Part shown: positions 21,159 to 34,419 of the stretch, in pieces
Layout of the letters: every line of letters begins with the position of its first letter
How positions within the stretch are numbered: the stretch's first letter is position 1
Assembly (NCBI RefSeq): GCF_021869535.1
Contig: NW_026262670.1
Span: 5,332,001-5,396,000 of the forward strand
Source of the DNA: Mytilus californianus
Taxonomy: Eukaryota
Reading direction: 5' to 3'
DNA length: 64,000 nt
Position numbers and translations under genes: made by a program
Notes under the pieces: generated by a model
Database searches by the model: none
The model's input: the letters and a program-made list of their open reading frames with translations, nothing else
Told to the model about the DNA's origin: nothing

Positions 21159-24100
21159 CAAAAAGTTCACGCGCCATTGTTTGGTTGCAGATTTTTACGA
21201 AAACTTCAAAAAACATTTTTATTCAACCTGAGCGAAATTTCACAGACATCCTAGATTCGAATGAATAAAACCAATATCTAGAATATGTATTTGGAATGTC
21301 GTTTAATTTAATCTAGCTTTGGGAACTTTTCAGAGAGCGACTTTATGTTCAGTGGATATGATCGAGGCACTAGAAAACTGTGCTGTATGATGCGTCTCTG
21401 CTTTTATTTCCATTTTCATGTAAAATTTGAGCACTTCGTGCTCTAAAACTCGAATATGTCTTGTTGAATATATCATATTTTTCAAAAAATATATGTACTT
21501 AATTTTATTATCAATTAAACGATGGTCCGTGCTCGAACTGGCCACCTGAAAGTTTCAATACAAAATATACCAACCAAACCCAAGATTCTTGTATTTTTAT
21601 AATTCGAAAGTTGTACACATCATTTGCCTCTAAATTAACAATTACAAAGGTTCATCTGTTTTTAAAAAAGGGGGGGGGGGGGGGTTCACGGTGAAGACTC
21701 TGGCCATAAATATGCATTTTTCCTATATAGGCTAGGCAAGTATAAGACCAGAATCGGTACCGGGTGAAGCAGCATACACACGGACGATTCAAAAGAGACA
21801 TAAAGACAAAAATCACACCAATGTTAACCATTAGACTTGGGGCAAAAATAGTCTCCACTGTATTTAACTGAACCCCTTCCCCCACAAAAAAAAAATCCCG
21901 AGGAAAAGGGGGGTGTATATATTTTCAATGAATGATAGTTGGACTGAAATATTTGTTACCTATTGCAACATTAACAAGCAGATTTAATGTAAAAAGAATC
22001 CCAAAGCAAGATTGAAACGAAGAAAAAGATATTCTCCGTTAAAAAAATAAATAAATAGGTTTCTCTATTGTCTGTTGATTTCTGTGAAGGCCAATTAGCA
22101 TAGCGTTTAATGGATGTTAGTTCAAGTCTCAACATGCTGTGTGTTTTTCTTTCTTTCTTAATTTGTAAACCTTTTTTTCTGTTTCTTTTTCATTTTTGTG
22201 GAGGATTATTTTTTTTTGGGGGGGGGGGAGTAATTGTTTGACATGAAATTTAGTTGTTTATGAATAGAACACACACTTTAATAGTAAATCCAAAGTACTA
22301 TTTAGGTCGTTTTTTATTCCCAGCATGATGGAACTATTTTCTACATGTTAGGACAACCTCATGATGTTGACAACCAGTAGAAATTTAAAACTTTTTCTTT
22401 CTAGTTCTCTCTTAGTCGTATCAAATCCAGAAAAAAAAGAAATAAGAATCAATTTCTATCAAACGTGAATCCTATCCCTCTTTTCAGCTATGGTTAGAAA
22501 CGTAAACAACAGGACAAGTTTGGCATGTTCTTTGGGACAGAAACCCAACAACACCAGATCGATAGATTTTTTATTTCCAATAGAGGACTTAATCTATAAT
22601 CAAATATTTCATTCTTGGGCTTTTTATTACTTTCTATCTCCTTTTTTATTTTCTTCTTTAAATGTTTTTATGAATTATCATATTTGAAGCTATTCTTTTC
22701 ATATTGACATTGAACGCCTTTTCTCTGTCTCAATATACAGTATTTATCACAAATGAAGGAAAATGTCTTGGCGAAAAGAGGTGTGTTTGCTGTCCGGGGG
22801 TTAGGGTAGTCTTAATTGAAAACGGCAGCAACAAACGTTTCTCAATGTATACACAAATAAGCGCATTTAATACTGTCAGTCACACATTGTCTGTATATAC
22901 TAGTAGACTTTGTTTTTCTGTGTCGTTAAGTTGCTGTCATTTCAATATGAAAATAACCTCTTCTGTTATATTAGAATCCTACAATTTCGTAAACAATCCT
23001 TTAAAATGCATGATACATGTTATCAAAGAAATAAACCCTTTTCTTACCTTTTGTACAAATGTCCGTCCATCCTTGTTTTAGTTCATAACAGTAGACATGC
23101 TACGTATGTGACGTCACTGTATTGTTTCTGGTTTATTCATCTCGCGTGCTTTGAACAGATTAAAATGACATAACAAAGACACAGACAAGTCGTCAAAACA
23201 CTAAAAAACAGAGAGAAAAAAGAAGAGAAAAACAAACAGGACAACCCATTTTAAAGAAACATAAAAGCAAGTAGGTGCATTTATTTCATACACGAGTAAA
23301 ACAAAGGAAAATTCGAGAGGTGAAGAAAAGTATCAATATGGTTACATAATCAGCTATCGTCAATAACAGGAACGCTCCTTTTACTATCCCCCAACCCCAA
23401 ACACACATCTCCAACGATAGAACCACGATGAAAAGCGAGTCCAAACATAAAAGACTGATGATATATGAATGTAAGTACACTCGCACTATATATATCTGCA
23501 TGTAATAAAATGAAAAATAATTGCAGAACTGTTAAATGTTTAACAAAAACCTCCATACTTTAGAGTTTCCTGCTAACTTTTAATACACAATTGTAGTAAT
23601 TTTGACAAAAAAAAAACAAAAACAAAAAATAACAAACGTCACTGCATTCATTTTCTATTTGTTTACTTGTATGTTGACAATACATCTATACATCTTTTGT
23701 ATTGTAAAATTGAGAATGCAAATGGGGAATCATGATGTCAAAGAGACAACAACCCGACCAAAGAGCAGACAACAGCCGAAGGCCACCAATGGGTCTTCAA
23801 CGCAGCGAGAAAATCCCGCACCCGGAGGTGGTCCTCAGCTGGCCCCTAAATAAAATTGTGTACTAGTTCAGTGAAAATGGACGTCACATAATCAGCACAT
23901 TTTTACAGTATATTAGTACCGAAAAAAGTACTGAGTTTAATTTAGAGTTACCTCCCCATTGACTAGTTGATATGAAATAGACGTCCAACCTTTGACATTG
24001 CATACGTGTAGAAAAAGTCCTCTAAAAAATTTCAGTCAAGATGAAAATGAATAAGAAGGGAGAAAAAAATCACATAATGAGAAAAATGAATTAGTTGGTT

Positions 24101-24504
24101 GAAGTGTTTAAATGTGTGATTTGCCCCCCAACCCCCCCCCCCCAAAAAAAGAGAATGAATAAAAAAAAATATCACTTCCTTTATTCTTAGATTGTATTTT
24201 AATCGAATATTATTTTGAAAGAATTTTAATCAGTTCAAAAAATATGTGCGTGAAAGTAAAATGATATATCTTTAATATTTCCTTACTAAAAATAATTTTC
24301 CCAAAAGGCAACTGCATAAATGTTAGAAATAGTATACTCTTAAGGAGTGAAATGAAGCAAAAAATGGAAATAATTTGACTGAAAAAAATATTTCAAAGAA
24401 CAGTGCAAAGTGAAGAAAAAAGAAAAGGGCAGGGTAGGGCTCAGCTATATTTAGTTTGATAACTAATGTACAACAATTGTAGATTCTTTTTGAACAAATT
24501 GGGT

Positions 24505-24520
24505 AGCCCTTAAAAGGGCT
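24505..24520 (-). terminator. Histone mRNA 3' stem-loop, copy 6
   Basis: AGCCCTTTTAAGGGCT followed by ACCCA on the minus strand. Confidence 0.93.
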
Positions 24521-24563
24521 TTTGGTGGCTGAATAGCCTCTGCAGACTGTAGTCTGGAACAGT

Positions 24564-25130
24564 TTACTTCTTCTTTGGTGTCTTCTTGGCTTTTGGTTTG
24601 GCTGCCTTCTTTTTAGCTGGTGACTTGGCTGCCTTCTTTGGCTTGGCTGCTTTCTTTGCTGCTGGTTTCTTAGCTTTAGGCTTGGCTGCCTTTTTCTCTC
24701 CAGCTGGTTTCTTTGCTGCCTTCTTTTTCTTAGGTGTGCTCTTTGCCTTCTTTGGCTTGGCAGCCTTAGGTTTAGCTGCTTTCTTTGCCTTTGCTGGCTT
24801 CTTTTTAGCTTGTTTTGCTTCTCCAATTCTGAAAGATCCGGATGCTCCAGTTCCCTTGGACTGCTTCAAACTGTTGTTCTTAACTCCGGCTCTGAGTGCA
24901 AGTTTTAAATGAGCGTTTACTGACTTGGCATCTTTTCCGACGTTGAAGTTGGCCATGATGTACTTCAAAATTGCTTGCCTTGAGGAACCTCCACGTTCTT
25001 TCAAAGCAGCGATGGCTTTCCCAATCATCTCGCTGTATTTAGGATGTGCTGAAGGCTTCTTTGGCTTAGCTGCTGCCTTTTTCTTTGGTGATTTAGCTGG
25101 TGCTGGTGCTGGTGCTGCTACGTCTGCCAT
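24564..25130 (-). CDS. H1: Histone H1 copy 6 (188 aa; intact ORF but native promoter missing)
   Basis: Full-length ORF. Identity to the other copies stops 43 bp upstream of the ATG (25173), before the TATA box. Confidence 0.93.
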   Translation of the reverse strand: MADVAAPAPAPAKSPKKKAAAKPKKPSAHPKYSEMIGKAIAALKERGGSSRQAILKYIMANFNVGKDAKSVNAHLKLALRAGVKNNSLKQSKGTGASGSFRIGEAKQAKKKPAKAKKAAKPKAAKPKKAKSTPKKKKAAKKPAGEKKAAKPKAKKPAAKKAAKPKKAAKSPAKKKAAKPKAKKTPKKK

Positions 25131-25173
25131 TTTGAACGATTCAAAATATTATCCTTTACGAAGTTTATACTAC

Positions 25174-25624
25174 AGGGGTAAATTCAGTAAAAAATCTCCC
25201 ATTGACTGTAATGCTAATCTATGTCTTGAATTAAATTTATACCTGATTTACCTTTAGAAATTAGAAAATTTCATATATCATTCATGAAAGTATAAATGTA
25301 GCCCTATCATTTGCAACAATAAAAACATAGGGTCATGCGGCATTTTTGGGCCTTCACATGGCCTTGTTTACAAACACTGTAGATTCGCACTTAATTCCTT
25401 CACTGACCCCCATTACTTTTCAACCCTGTAGTAAAAAAATTTAGTACATTCAGCATTTATTTTTTATTTTTTTTCAACTCTAGTTTTTATCCATCTATCA
25501 AAAAATATTTATTACAAACATTATCTACCAATCAGAAGAGCACATGACTTCAGTTTTATACAGAAAGCTCTCCCCCAAATGGGCGGTCCCTGATGACGTA
25601 TATTTATTTACTGAATTTACCCCT
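25174..25624. mobile_element. MITE-like element A, copy 1 (left end of the array, abuts the H1 5' UTR)
   Basis: TIRs AGGGGTAAATTCAGTAAA / TTTACTGAATTTACCCCT (18 bp, perfect); 451 bp; non-coding. Confidence 0.85.
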
Positions 25625-25627
25625 ATA

Positions 25628-26862
25628 AGGGACTATTTAGTAGCTTTTCCCTCTTTTTTTGTAATAATCATGTAATGTATTCAATTTTCAAGTTCCAGTT
25701 TCAATACAACATTCATAAATGCTGAACTTGTAAAGATAGAGGAAAATTTATACTACAGCCCATACTGCGGCCAATGTATATTTGGTATATAAAGTTGCAT
25801 ATTGACTGTTTGTAAAAGAATGGTGTAAAATACTATGCTTAATAAATATGAATTGTTTTCTGTGTTTGCTTTGACCAGTATTGCAAGTACATCTAGAAAC
25901 TAAAGTCTTAATGTACTCTTAGTTAAATTTTGCCTTATATGGAAGTGTTTGATTAAATACCCTGAAAAGACCACAAAAACACTTTTCAAAGGTTTTTTTA
26001 AGCAGTTTCATACAAAAAAAACCAACAATTATGTTTCATTTTACTAAATTTGTGTTTTAATTACTTGTAAAGTTCACAAAATGTCATTGACAATCACTCT
26101 GCAGAAATTCCTGTTACCCCAACATCAGGATGGTTTCTTCGCCAAAACTAGACAGACAAAACTGAAGTAGAAAAAAATGCCAAATATGAAAAAATAAGAC
26201 TGGGTATGACCAAACTTTGCATTTGGAAGATTAAAGTAACAATTTAGAATATTTAAAAGCAATTATTTAACATAGTAATCCAATTACAAACATTTCAACA
26301 CTAGTTTCATAGATGAAGGGCATGTAATCATAAAAAGTTATCTACAATTTTTTTTAAATAAAGAATCGCAATGCGTTATGTAAAAATAAATGAATATCTT
26401 CATGCGGTCAGATTATTCAAGTGTTAAAATATTTGAAAAGTGCTTATTTACAACTTGTTCTACAACTTAACATGGTGAAACACAGCTAAAAAAAATACAC
26501 TGTCAAAGGGAGGTAATTCTGATTTTCCATATGATTTTACACATAATGAGGAGAAATATGTGCAAAATGTGTTGTAAAATGGGGGGAATATTTATGCCTT
26601 TCATTGATATCATAACTCTCAAGTGTAATTTCTATTGTTTCGTTCAATCTGGACACAAAAACTGATTTTTACCATATACCCCATGCTTCCTCTCACAGTA
26701 CACTCAGTGCATCTTGGATAGCCGAGTTAAACATAGAAATTTGTGTAAAAAACAACTTCAAATGGTTCCAAAATGCTTCCATTGCATTAATATTCACAGG
26801 AAATAAGTTTTGTGATTATTGTGTGGCCTTGGACAAGTACAGTGACAGAATGCATATTTTCC
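25628..26862. repeat. First B monomer (1,235 bp plus the 4-bp junction TATA), a long-monomer satellite unit
   Basis: agggactatttagtag...gaatgcatattttcc is repeated 26 times. No TIRs or ORF found. Confidence 0.95.
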
Positions 26863-26865
26863 TAT

Positions 26866-27316
26866 AGGGGTAAATTCAGTAAAAAATCTCCCATTGACTG
26901 TAATGCTAATCTATGTCTTGAATTAAATTTATACCTGATTTACCTTTAGAAATTAGAAAATTTCATATATCATTCATGAAAGTATAAATGTAGCCCTATC
27001 ATTTGCAACAATAAAAACATAGGGTCATGCGGCATTTTTGGGCCTTCACATGGCCTTGTTTACAAACACTGTAGATTCGCACTTAATTCCTTCACTGACC
27101 CCCATTACTTTTCAACCCTGTAGTAAAAAAATTTAGTACATTCAGCATTTATTTTTTATTTTTTTTCAACTCTAGTTTTTATCCATCTATCAAAAAATAT
27201 TTATTACAAACATTATCTACCAATCAGAAGAGCACATGACTTCAGTTTTATACAGAAAGCTCTCCCCCAAATGGGCGGTCCCTGATGACGTATATTTATT
27301 TACTGAATTTACCCCT
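26866..27316. mobile_element. MITE-like element A, copy 2
   Basis: Same TIRs. The filled site is ccTATAGGGG...CCCCTATAaggg and the empty site is ccTATAaggg. Confidence 0.85.
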
Positions 27317-29796
27317 ATAAGGGACTATTTAGTAGCTTTTCCCTCTTTTTTTGTAATAATCATGTAATGTATTCAATTTTCAAGTTCCAGTTTCAATACA
27401 ACATTCATAAATGCTGAACTTGTAAAGATAGAGGAAAATTTATACTACAGCCCATACTGCGGCCAATGTATATTTGGTATATAAAGTTGCATATTGACTG
27501 TTTGTAAAAGAATGGTGTAAAATACTATGCTTAATAAATATGAATTGTTTTCTGTGTTTGCTTTGACCAGTATTGCAAGTACATCTAGAAACTAAAGTCT
27601 TAATGTACTCTTAGTTAAATTTTGCCTTATATGGAAGTGTTTGATTAAATACCCTGAAAAGACCACAAAAACACTTTTCAAAGGTTTTTTTAAGCAGTTT
27701 CATACAAAAAAAACCAACAATTATGTTTCATTTTACTAAATTTGTGTTTTAATTACTTGTAAAGTTCACAAAATGTCATTGACAATCACTCTGCAGAAAT
27801 TCCTGTTACCCCAACATCAGGATGGTTTCTTCGCCAAAACTAGACAGACAAAACTGAAGTAGAAAAAAATGCCAAATATGAAAAAATAAGACTGGGTATG
27901 ACCAAACTTTGCATTTGGAAGATTAAAGTAACAATTTAGAATATTTAAAAGCAATTATTTAACATAGTAATCCAATTACAAACATTTCAACACTAGTTTC
28001 ATAGATGAAGGGCATGTAATCATAAAAAGTTATCTACAATTTTTTTTAAATAAAGAATCGCAATGCGTTATGTAAAAATAAATGAATATCTTCATGCGGT
28101 CAGATTATTCAAGTGTTAAAATATTTGAAAAGTGCTTATTTACAACTTGTTCTACAACTTAACATGGTGAAACACAGCTAAAAAAAATACACTGTCAAAG
28201 GGAGGTAATTCTGATTTTCCATATGATTTTACACATAATGAGGAGAAATATGTGCAAAATGTGTTGTAAAATGGGGGGAATATTTATGCCTTTCATTGAT
28301 ATCATAACTCTCAAGTGTAATTTCTATTGTTTCGTTCAATCTGGACACAAAAACTGATTTTTACCATATACCCCATGCTTCCTCTCACAGTACACTCAGT
28401 GCATCTTGGATAGCCGAGTTAAACATAGAAATTTGTGTAAAAAACAACTTCAAATGGTTCCAAAATGCTTCCATTGCATTAATATTCACAGGAAATAAGT
28501 TTTGTGATTATTGTGTGGCCTTGGACAAGTACAGTGACAGAATGCATATTTTCCTATAAGGGACTATTTAGTAGCTTTTCCCTCTTTTTTTGTAATAATC
28601 ATGTAATGTATTCAATTTTCAAGTTCCAGTTTCAATACAACATTCATAAATGCTGAACTTGTAAAGATAGAGGAAAATTTATACTACAGCCCATACTGCG
28701 GCCAATGTATATTTGGTATATAAAGTTGCATATTGACTGTTTGTAAAAGAATGGTGTAAAATACTATGCTTAATAAATATGAATTGTTTTCTGTGTTTGC
28801 TTTGACCAGTATTGCAAGTACATCTAGAAACTAAAGTCTTAATGTACTCTTAGTTAAATTTTGCCTTATATGGAAGTGTTTGATTAAATACCCTGAAAAG
28901 ACCACAAAAACACTTTTCAAAGGTTTTTTTAAGCAGTTTCATACAAAAAAAACCAACAATTATGTTTCATTTTACTAAATTTGTGTTTTAATTACTTGTA
29001 AAGTTCACAAAATGTCATTGACAATCACTCTGCAGAAATTCCTGTTACCCCAACATCAGGATGGTTTCTTCGCCAAAACTAGACAGACAAAACTGAAGTA
29101 GAAAAAAATGCCAAATATGAAAAAATAAGACTGGGTATGACCAAACTTTGCATTTGGAAGATTAAAGTAACAATTTAGAATATTTAAAAGCAATTATTTA
29201 ACATAGTAATCCAATTACAAACATTTCAACACTAGTTTCATAGATGAAGGGCATGTAATCATAAAAAGTTATCTACAATTTTTTTTAAATAAAGAATCGC
29301 AATGCGTTATGTAAAAATAAATGAATATCTTCATGCGGTCAGATTATTCAAGTGTTAAAATATTTGAAAAGTGCTTATTTACAACTTGTTCTACAACTTA
29401 ACATGGTGAAACACAGCTAAAAAAAATACACTGTCAAAGGGAGGTAATTCTGATTTTCCATATGATTTTACACATAATGAGGAGAAATATGTGCAAAATG
29501 TGTTGTAAAATGGGGGGAATATTTATGCCTTTCATTGATATCATAACTCTCAAGTGTAATTTCTATTGTTTCGTTCAATCTGGACACAAAAACTGATTTT
29601 TACCATATACCCCATGCTTCCTCTCACAGTACACTCAGTGCATCTTGGATAGCCGAGTTAAACATAGAAATTTGTGTAAAAAACAACTTCAAATGGTTCC
29701 AAAATGCTTCCATTGCATTAATATTCACAGGAAATAAGTTTTGTGATTATTGTGTGGCCTTGGACAAGTACAGTGACAGAATGCATATTTTCCTAT

Positions 29797-30247
29797 AGGG
29801 GTAAATTCAGTAAAAAATCTCCCATTGACTGTAATGCTAATCTATGTCTTGAATTAAATTTATACCTGATTTACCTTTAGAAATTAGAAAATTTCATATA
29901 TCATTCATGAAAGTATAAATGTAGCCCTATCATTTGCAACAATAAAAACATAGGGTCATGCGGCATTTTTGGGCCTTCACATGGCCTTGTTTACAAACAC
30001 TGTAGATTCGCACTTAATTCCTTCACTGACCCCCATTACTTTTCAACCCTGTAGTAAAAAAATTTAGTACATTCAGCATTTATTTTTTATTTTTTTTCAA
30101 CTCTAGTTTTTATCCATCTATCAAAAAATATTTATTACAAACATTATCTACCAATCAGAAGAGCACATGACTTCAGTTTTATACAGAAAGCTCTCCCCCA
30201 AATGGGCGGTCCCTGATGACGTATATTTATTTACTGAATTTACCCCT
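29797..30247. mobile_element. MITE-like element A, copy 3
   Basis: Same TIRs and flanks as copy 2. Confidence 0.85.
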
Positions 30248-31488
30248 ATAAGGGACTATTTAGTAGCTTTTCCCTCTTTTTTTGTAATAATCATGTAATG
30301 TATTCAATTTTCAAGTTCCAGTTTCAATACAACATTCATAAATGCTGAACTTGTAAAGATAGAGGAAAATTTATACTACAGCCCATACTGCGGCCAATGT
30401 ATATTTGGTATATAAAGTTGCATATTGACTGTTTGTAAAAGAATGGTGTAAAATACTATGCTTAATAAATATGAATTGTTTTCTGTGTTTGCTTTGACCA
30501 GTATTGCAAGTACATCTAGAAACTAAAGTCTTAATGTACTCTTAGTTAAATTTTGCCTTATATGGAAGTGTTTGATTAAATACCCTGAAAAGACCACAAA
30601 AACACTTTTCAAAGGTTTTTTTAAGCAGTTTCATACAAAAAAAACCAACAATTATGTTTCATTTTACTAAATTTGTGTTTTAATTACTTGTAAAGTTCAC
30701 AAAATGTCATTGACAATCACTCTGCAGAAATTCCTGTTACCCCAACATCAGGATGGTTTCTTCGCCAAAACTAGACAGACAAAACTGAAGTAGAAAAAAA
30801 TGCCAAATATGAAAAAATAAGACTGGGTATGACCAAACTTTGCATTTGGAAGATTAAAGTAACAATTTAGAATATTTAAAAGCAATTATTTAACATAGTA
30901 ATCCAATTACAAACATTTCAACACTAGTTTCATAGATGAAGGGCATGTAATCATAAAAAGTTATCTACAATTTTTTTTAAATAAAGAATCGCAATGCGTT
31001 ATGTAAAAATAAATGAATATCTTCATGCGGTCAGATTATTCAAGTGTTAAAATATTTGAAAAGTGCTTATTTACAACTTGTTCTACAACTTAACATGGTG
31101 AAACACAGCTAAAAAAAATACACTGTCAAAGGGAGGTAATTCTGATTTTCCATATGATTTTACACATAATGAGGAGAAATATGTGCAAAATGTGTTGTAA
31201 AATGGGGGGAATATTTATGCCTTTCATTGATATCATAACTCTCAAGTGTAATTTCTATTGTTTCGTTCAATCTGGACACAAAAACTGATTTTTACCATAT
31301 ACCCCATGCTTCCTCTCACAGTACACTCAGTGCATCTTGGATAGCCGAGTTAAACATAGAAATTTGTGTAAAAAACAACTTCAAATGGTTCCAAAATGCT
31401 TCCATTGCATTAATATTCACAGGAAATAAGTTTTGTGATTATTGTGTGGCCTTGGACAAGTACAGTGACAGAATGCATATTTTCCTAT

Positions 31489-31939
31489 AGGGGTAAATTC
31501 AGTAAAAAATCTCCCATTGACTGTAATGCTAATCTATGTCTTGAATTAAATTTATACCTGATTTACCTTTAGAAATTAGAAAATTTCATATATCATTCAT
31601 GAAAGTATAAATGTAGCCCTATCATTTGCAACAATAAAAACATAGGGTCATGCGGCATTTTTGGGCCTTCACATGGCCTTGTTTACAAACACTGTAGATT
31701 CGCACTTAATTCCTTCACTGACCCCCATTACTTTTCAACCCTGTAGTAAAAAAATTTAGTACATTCAGCATTTATTTTTTATTTTTTTTCAACTCTAGTT
31801 TTTATCCATCTATCAAAAAATATTTATTACAAACATTATCTACCAATCAGAAGAGCACATGACTTCAGTTTTATACAGAAAGCTCTCCCCCAAATGGGCG
31901 GTCCCTGATGACGTATATTTATTTACTGAATTTACCCCT
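31489..31939. mobile_element. MITE-like element A, copy 4
   Basis: Same TIRs and flanks as copy 2. Confidence 0.85.
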
Positions 31940-34419
31940 ATAAGGGACTATTTAGTAGCTTTTCCCTCTTTTTTTGTAATAATCATGTAATGTATTCAAT
32001 TTTCAAGTTCCAGTTTCAATACAACATTCATAAATGCTGAACTTGTAAAGATAGAGGAAAATTTATACTACAGCCCATACTGCGGCCAATGTATATTTGG
32101 TATATAAAGTTGCATATTGACTGTTTGTAAAAGAATGGTGTAAAATACTATGCTTAATAAATATGAATTGTTTTCTGTGTTTGCTTTGACCAGTATTGCA
32201 AGTACATCTAGAAACTAAAGTCTTAATGTACTCTTAGTTAAATTTTGCCTTATATGGAAGTGTTTGATTAAATACCCTGAAAAGACCACAAAAACACTTT
32301 TCAAAGGTTTTTTTAAGCAGTTTCATACAAAAAAAACCAACAATTATGTTTCATTTTACTAAATTTGTGTTTTAATTACTTGTAAAGTTCACAAAATGTC
32401 ATTGACAATCACTCTGCAGAAATTCCTGTTACCCCAACATCAGGATGGTTTCTTCGCCAAAACTAGACAGACAAAACTGAAGTAGAAAAAAATGCCAAAT
32501 ATGAAAAAATAAGACTGGGTATGACCAAACTTTGCATTTGGAAGATTAAAGTAACAATTTAGAATATTTAAAAGCAATTATTTAACATAGTAATCCAATT
32601 ACAAACATTTCAACACTAGTTTCATAGATGAAGGGCATGTAATCATAAAAAGTTATCTACAATTTTTTTTAAATAAAGAATCGCAATGCGTTATGTAAAA
32701 ATAAATGAATATCTTCATGCGGTCAGATTATTCAAGTGTTAAAATATTTGAAAAGTGCTTATTTACAACTTGTTCTACAACTTAACATGGTGAAACACAG
32801 CTAAAAAAAATACACTGTCAAAGGGAGGTAATTCTGATTTTCCATATGATTTTACACATAATGAGGAGAAATATGTGCAAAATGTGTTGTAAAATGGGGG
32901 GAATATTTATGCCTTTCATTGATATCATAACTCTCAAGTGTAATTTCTATTGTTTCGTTCAATCTGGACACAAAAACTGATTTTTACCATATACCCCATG
33001 CTTCCTCTCACAGTACACTCAGTGCATCTTGGATAGCCGAGTTAAACATAGAAATTTGTGTAAAAAACAACTTCAAATGGTTCCAAAATGCTTCCATTGC
33101 ATTAATATTCACAGGAAATAAGTTTTGTGATTATTGTGTGGCCTTGGACAAGTACAGTGACAGAATGCATATTTTCCTATAAGGGACTATTTAGTAGCTT
33201 TTCCCTCTTTTTTTGTAATAATCATGTAATGTATTCAATTTTCAAGTTCCAGTTTCAATACAACATTCATAAATGCTGAACTTGTAAAGATAGAGGAAAA
33301 TTTATACTACAGCCCATACTGCGGCCAATGTATATTTGGTATATAAAGTTGCATATTGACTGTTTGTAAAAGAATGGTGTAAAATACTATGCTTAATAAA
33401 TATGAATTGTTTTCTGTGTTTGCTTTGACCAGTATTGCAAGTACATCTAGAAACTAAAGTCTTAATGTACTCTTAGTTAAATTTTGCCTTATATGGAAGT
33501 GTTTGATTAAATACCCTGAAAAGACCACAAAAACACTTTTCAAAGGTTTTTTTAAGCAGTTTCATACAAAAAAAACCAACAATTATGTTTCATTTTACTA
33601 AATTTGTGTTTTAATTACTTGTAAAGTTCACAAAATGTCATTGACAATCACTCTGCAGAAATTCCTGTTACCCCAACATCAGGATGGTTTCTTCGCCAAA
33701 ACTAGACAGACAAAACTGAAGTAGAAAAAAATGCCAAATATGAAAAAATAAGACTGGGTATGACCAAACTTTGCATTTGGAAGATTAAAGTAACAATTTA
33801 GAATATTTAAAAGCAATTATTTAACATAGTAATCCAATTACAAACATTTCAACACTAGTTTCATAGATGAAGGGCATGTAATCATAAAAAGTTATCTACA
33901 ATTTTTTTTAAATAAAGAATCGCAATGCGTTATGTAAAAATAAATGAATATCTTCATGCGGTCAGATTATTCAAGTGTTAAAATATTTGAAAAGTGCTTA
34001 TTTACAACTTGTTCTACAACTTAACATGGTGAAACACAGCTAAAAAAAATACACTGTCAAAGGGAGGTAATTCTGATTTTCCATATGATTTTACACATAA
34101 TGAGGAGAAATATGTGCAAAATGTGTTGTAAAATGGGGGGAATATTTATGCCTTTCATTGATATCATAACTCTCAAGTGTAATTTCTATTGTTTCGTTCA
34201 ATCTGGACACAAAAACTGATTTTTACCATATACCCCATGCTTCCTCTCACAGTACACTCAGTGCATCTTGGATAGCCGAGTTAAACATAGAAATTTGTGT
34301 AAAAAACAACTTCAAATGGTTCCAAAATGCTTCCATTGCATTAATATTCACAGGAAATAAGTTTTGTGATTATTGTGTGGCCTTGGACAAGTACAGTGAC
34401 AGAATGCATATTTTCCTAT

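Larger units (their letters stand above)
1..25173 (-). repeat. Tandem array of ~4.5-kb H1-only histone gene units (6 H1 copies, 5 full spacers)
   Basis: ATG-to-ATG distances are 5308 (includes an 809-bp insert), 5853 (includes a 1370-bp insert), 4492, 4503 and 4493. Spacers are near-identical, as the recurring ORF-track translations show. No H2A/H2B/H3/H4 ORFs are present. Confidence 0.97.

Noticed and set aside
26093-26207. Exon-like segment in B (ctctgcag|...ctgg|gtatga)
   Set aside because: Stop codons in all three frames.
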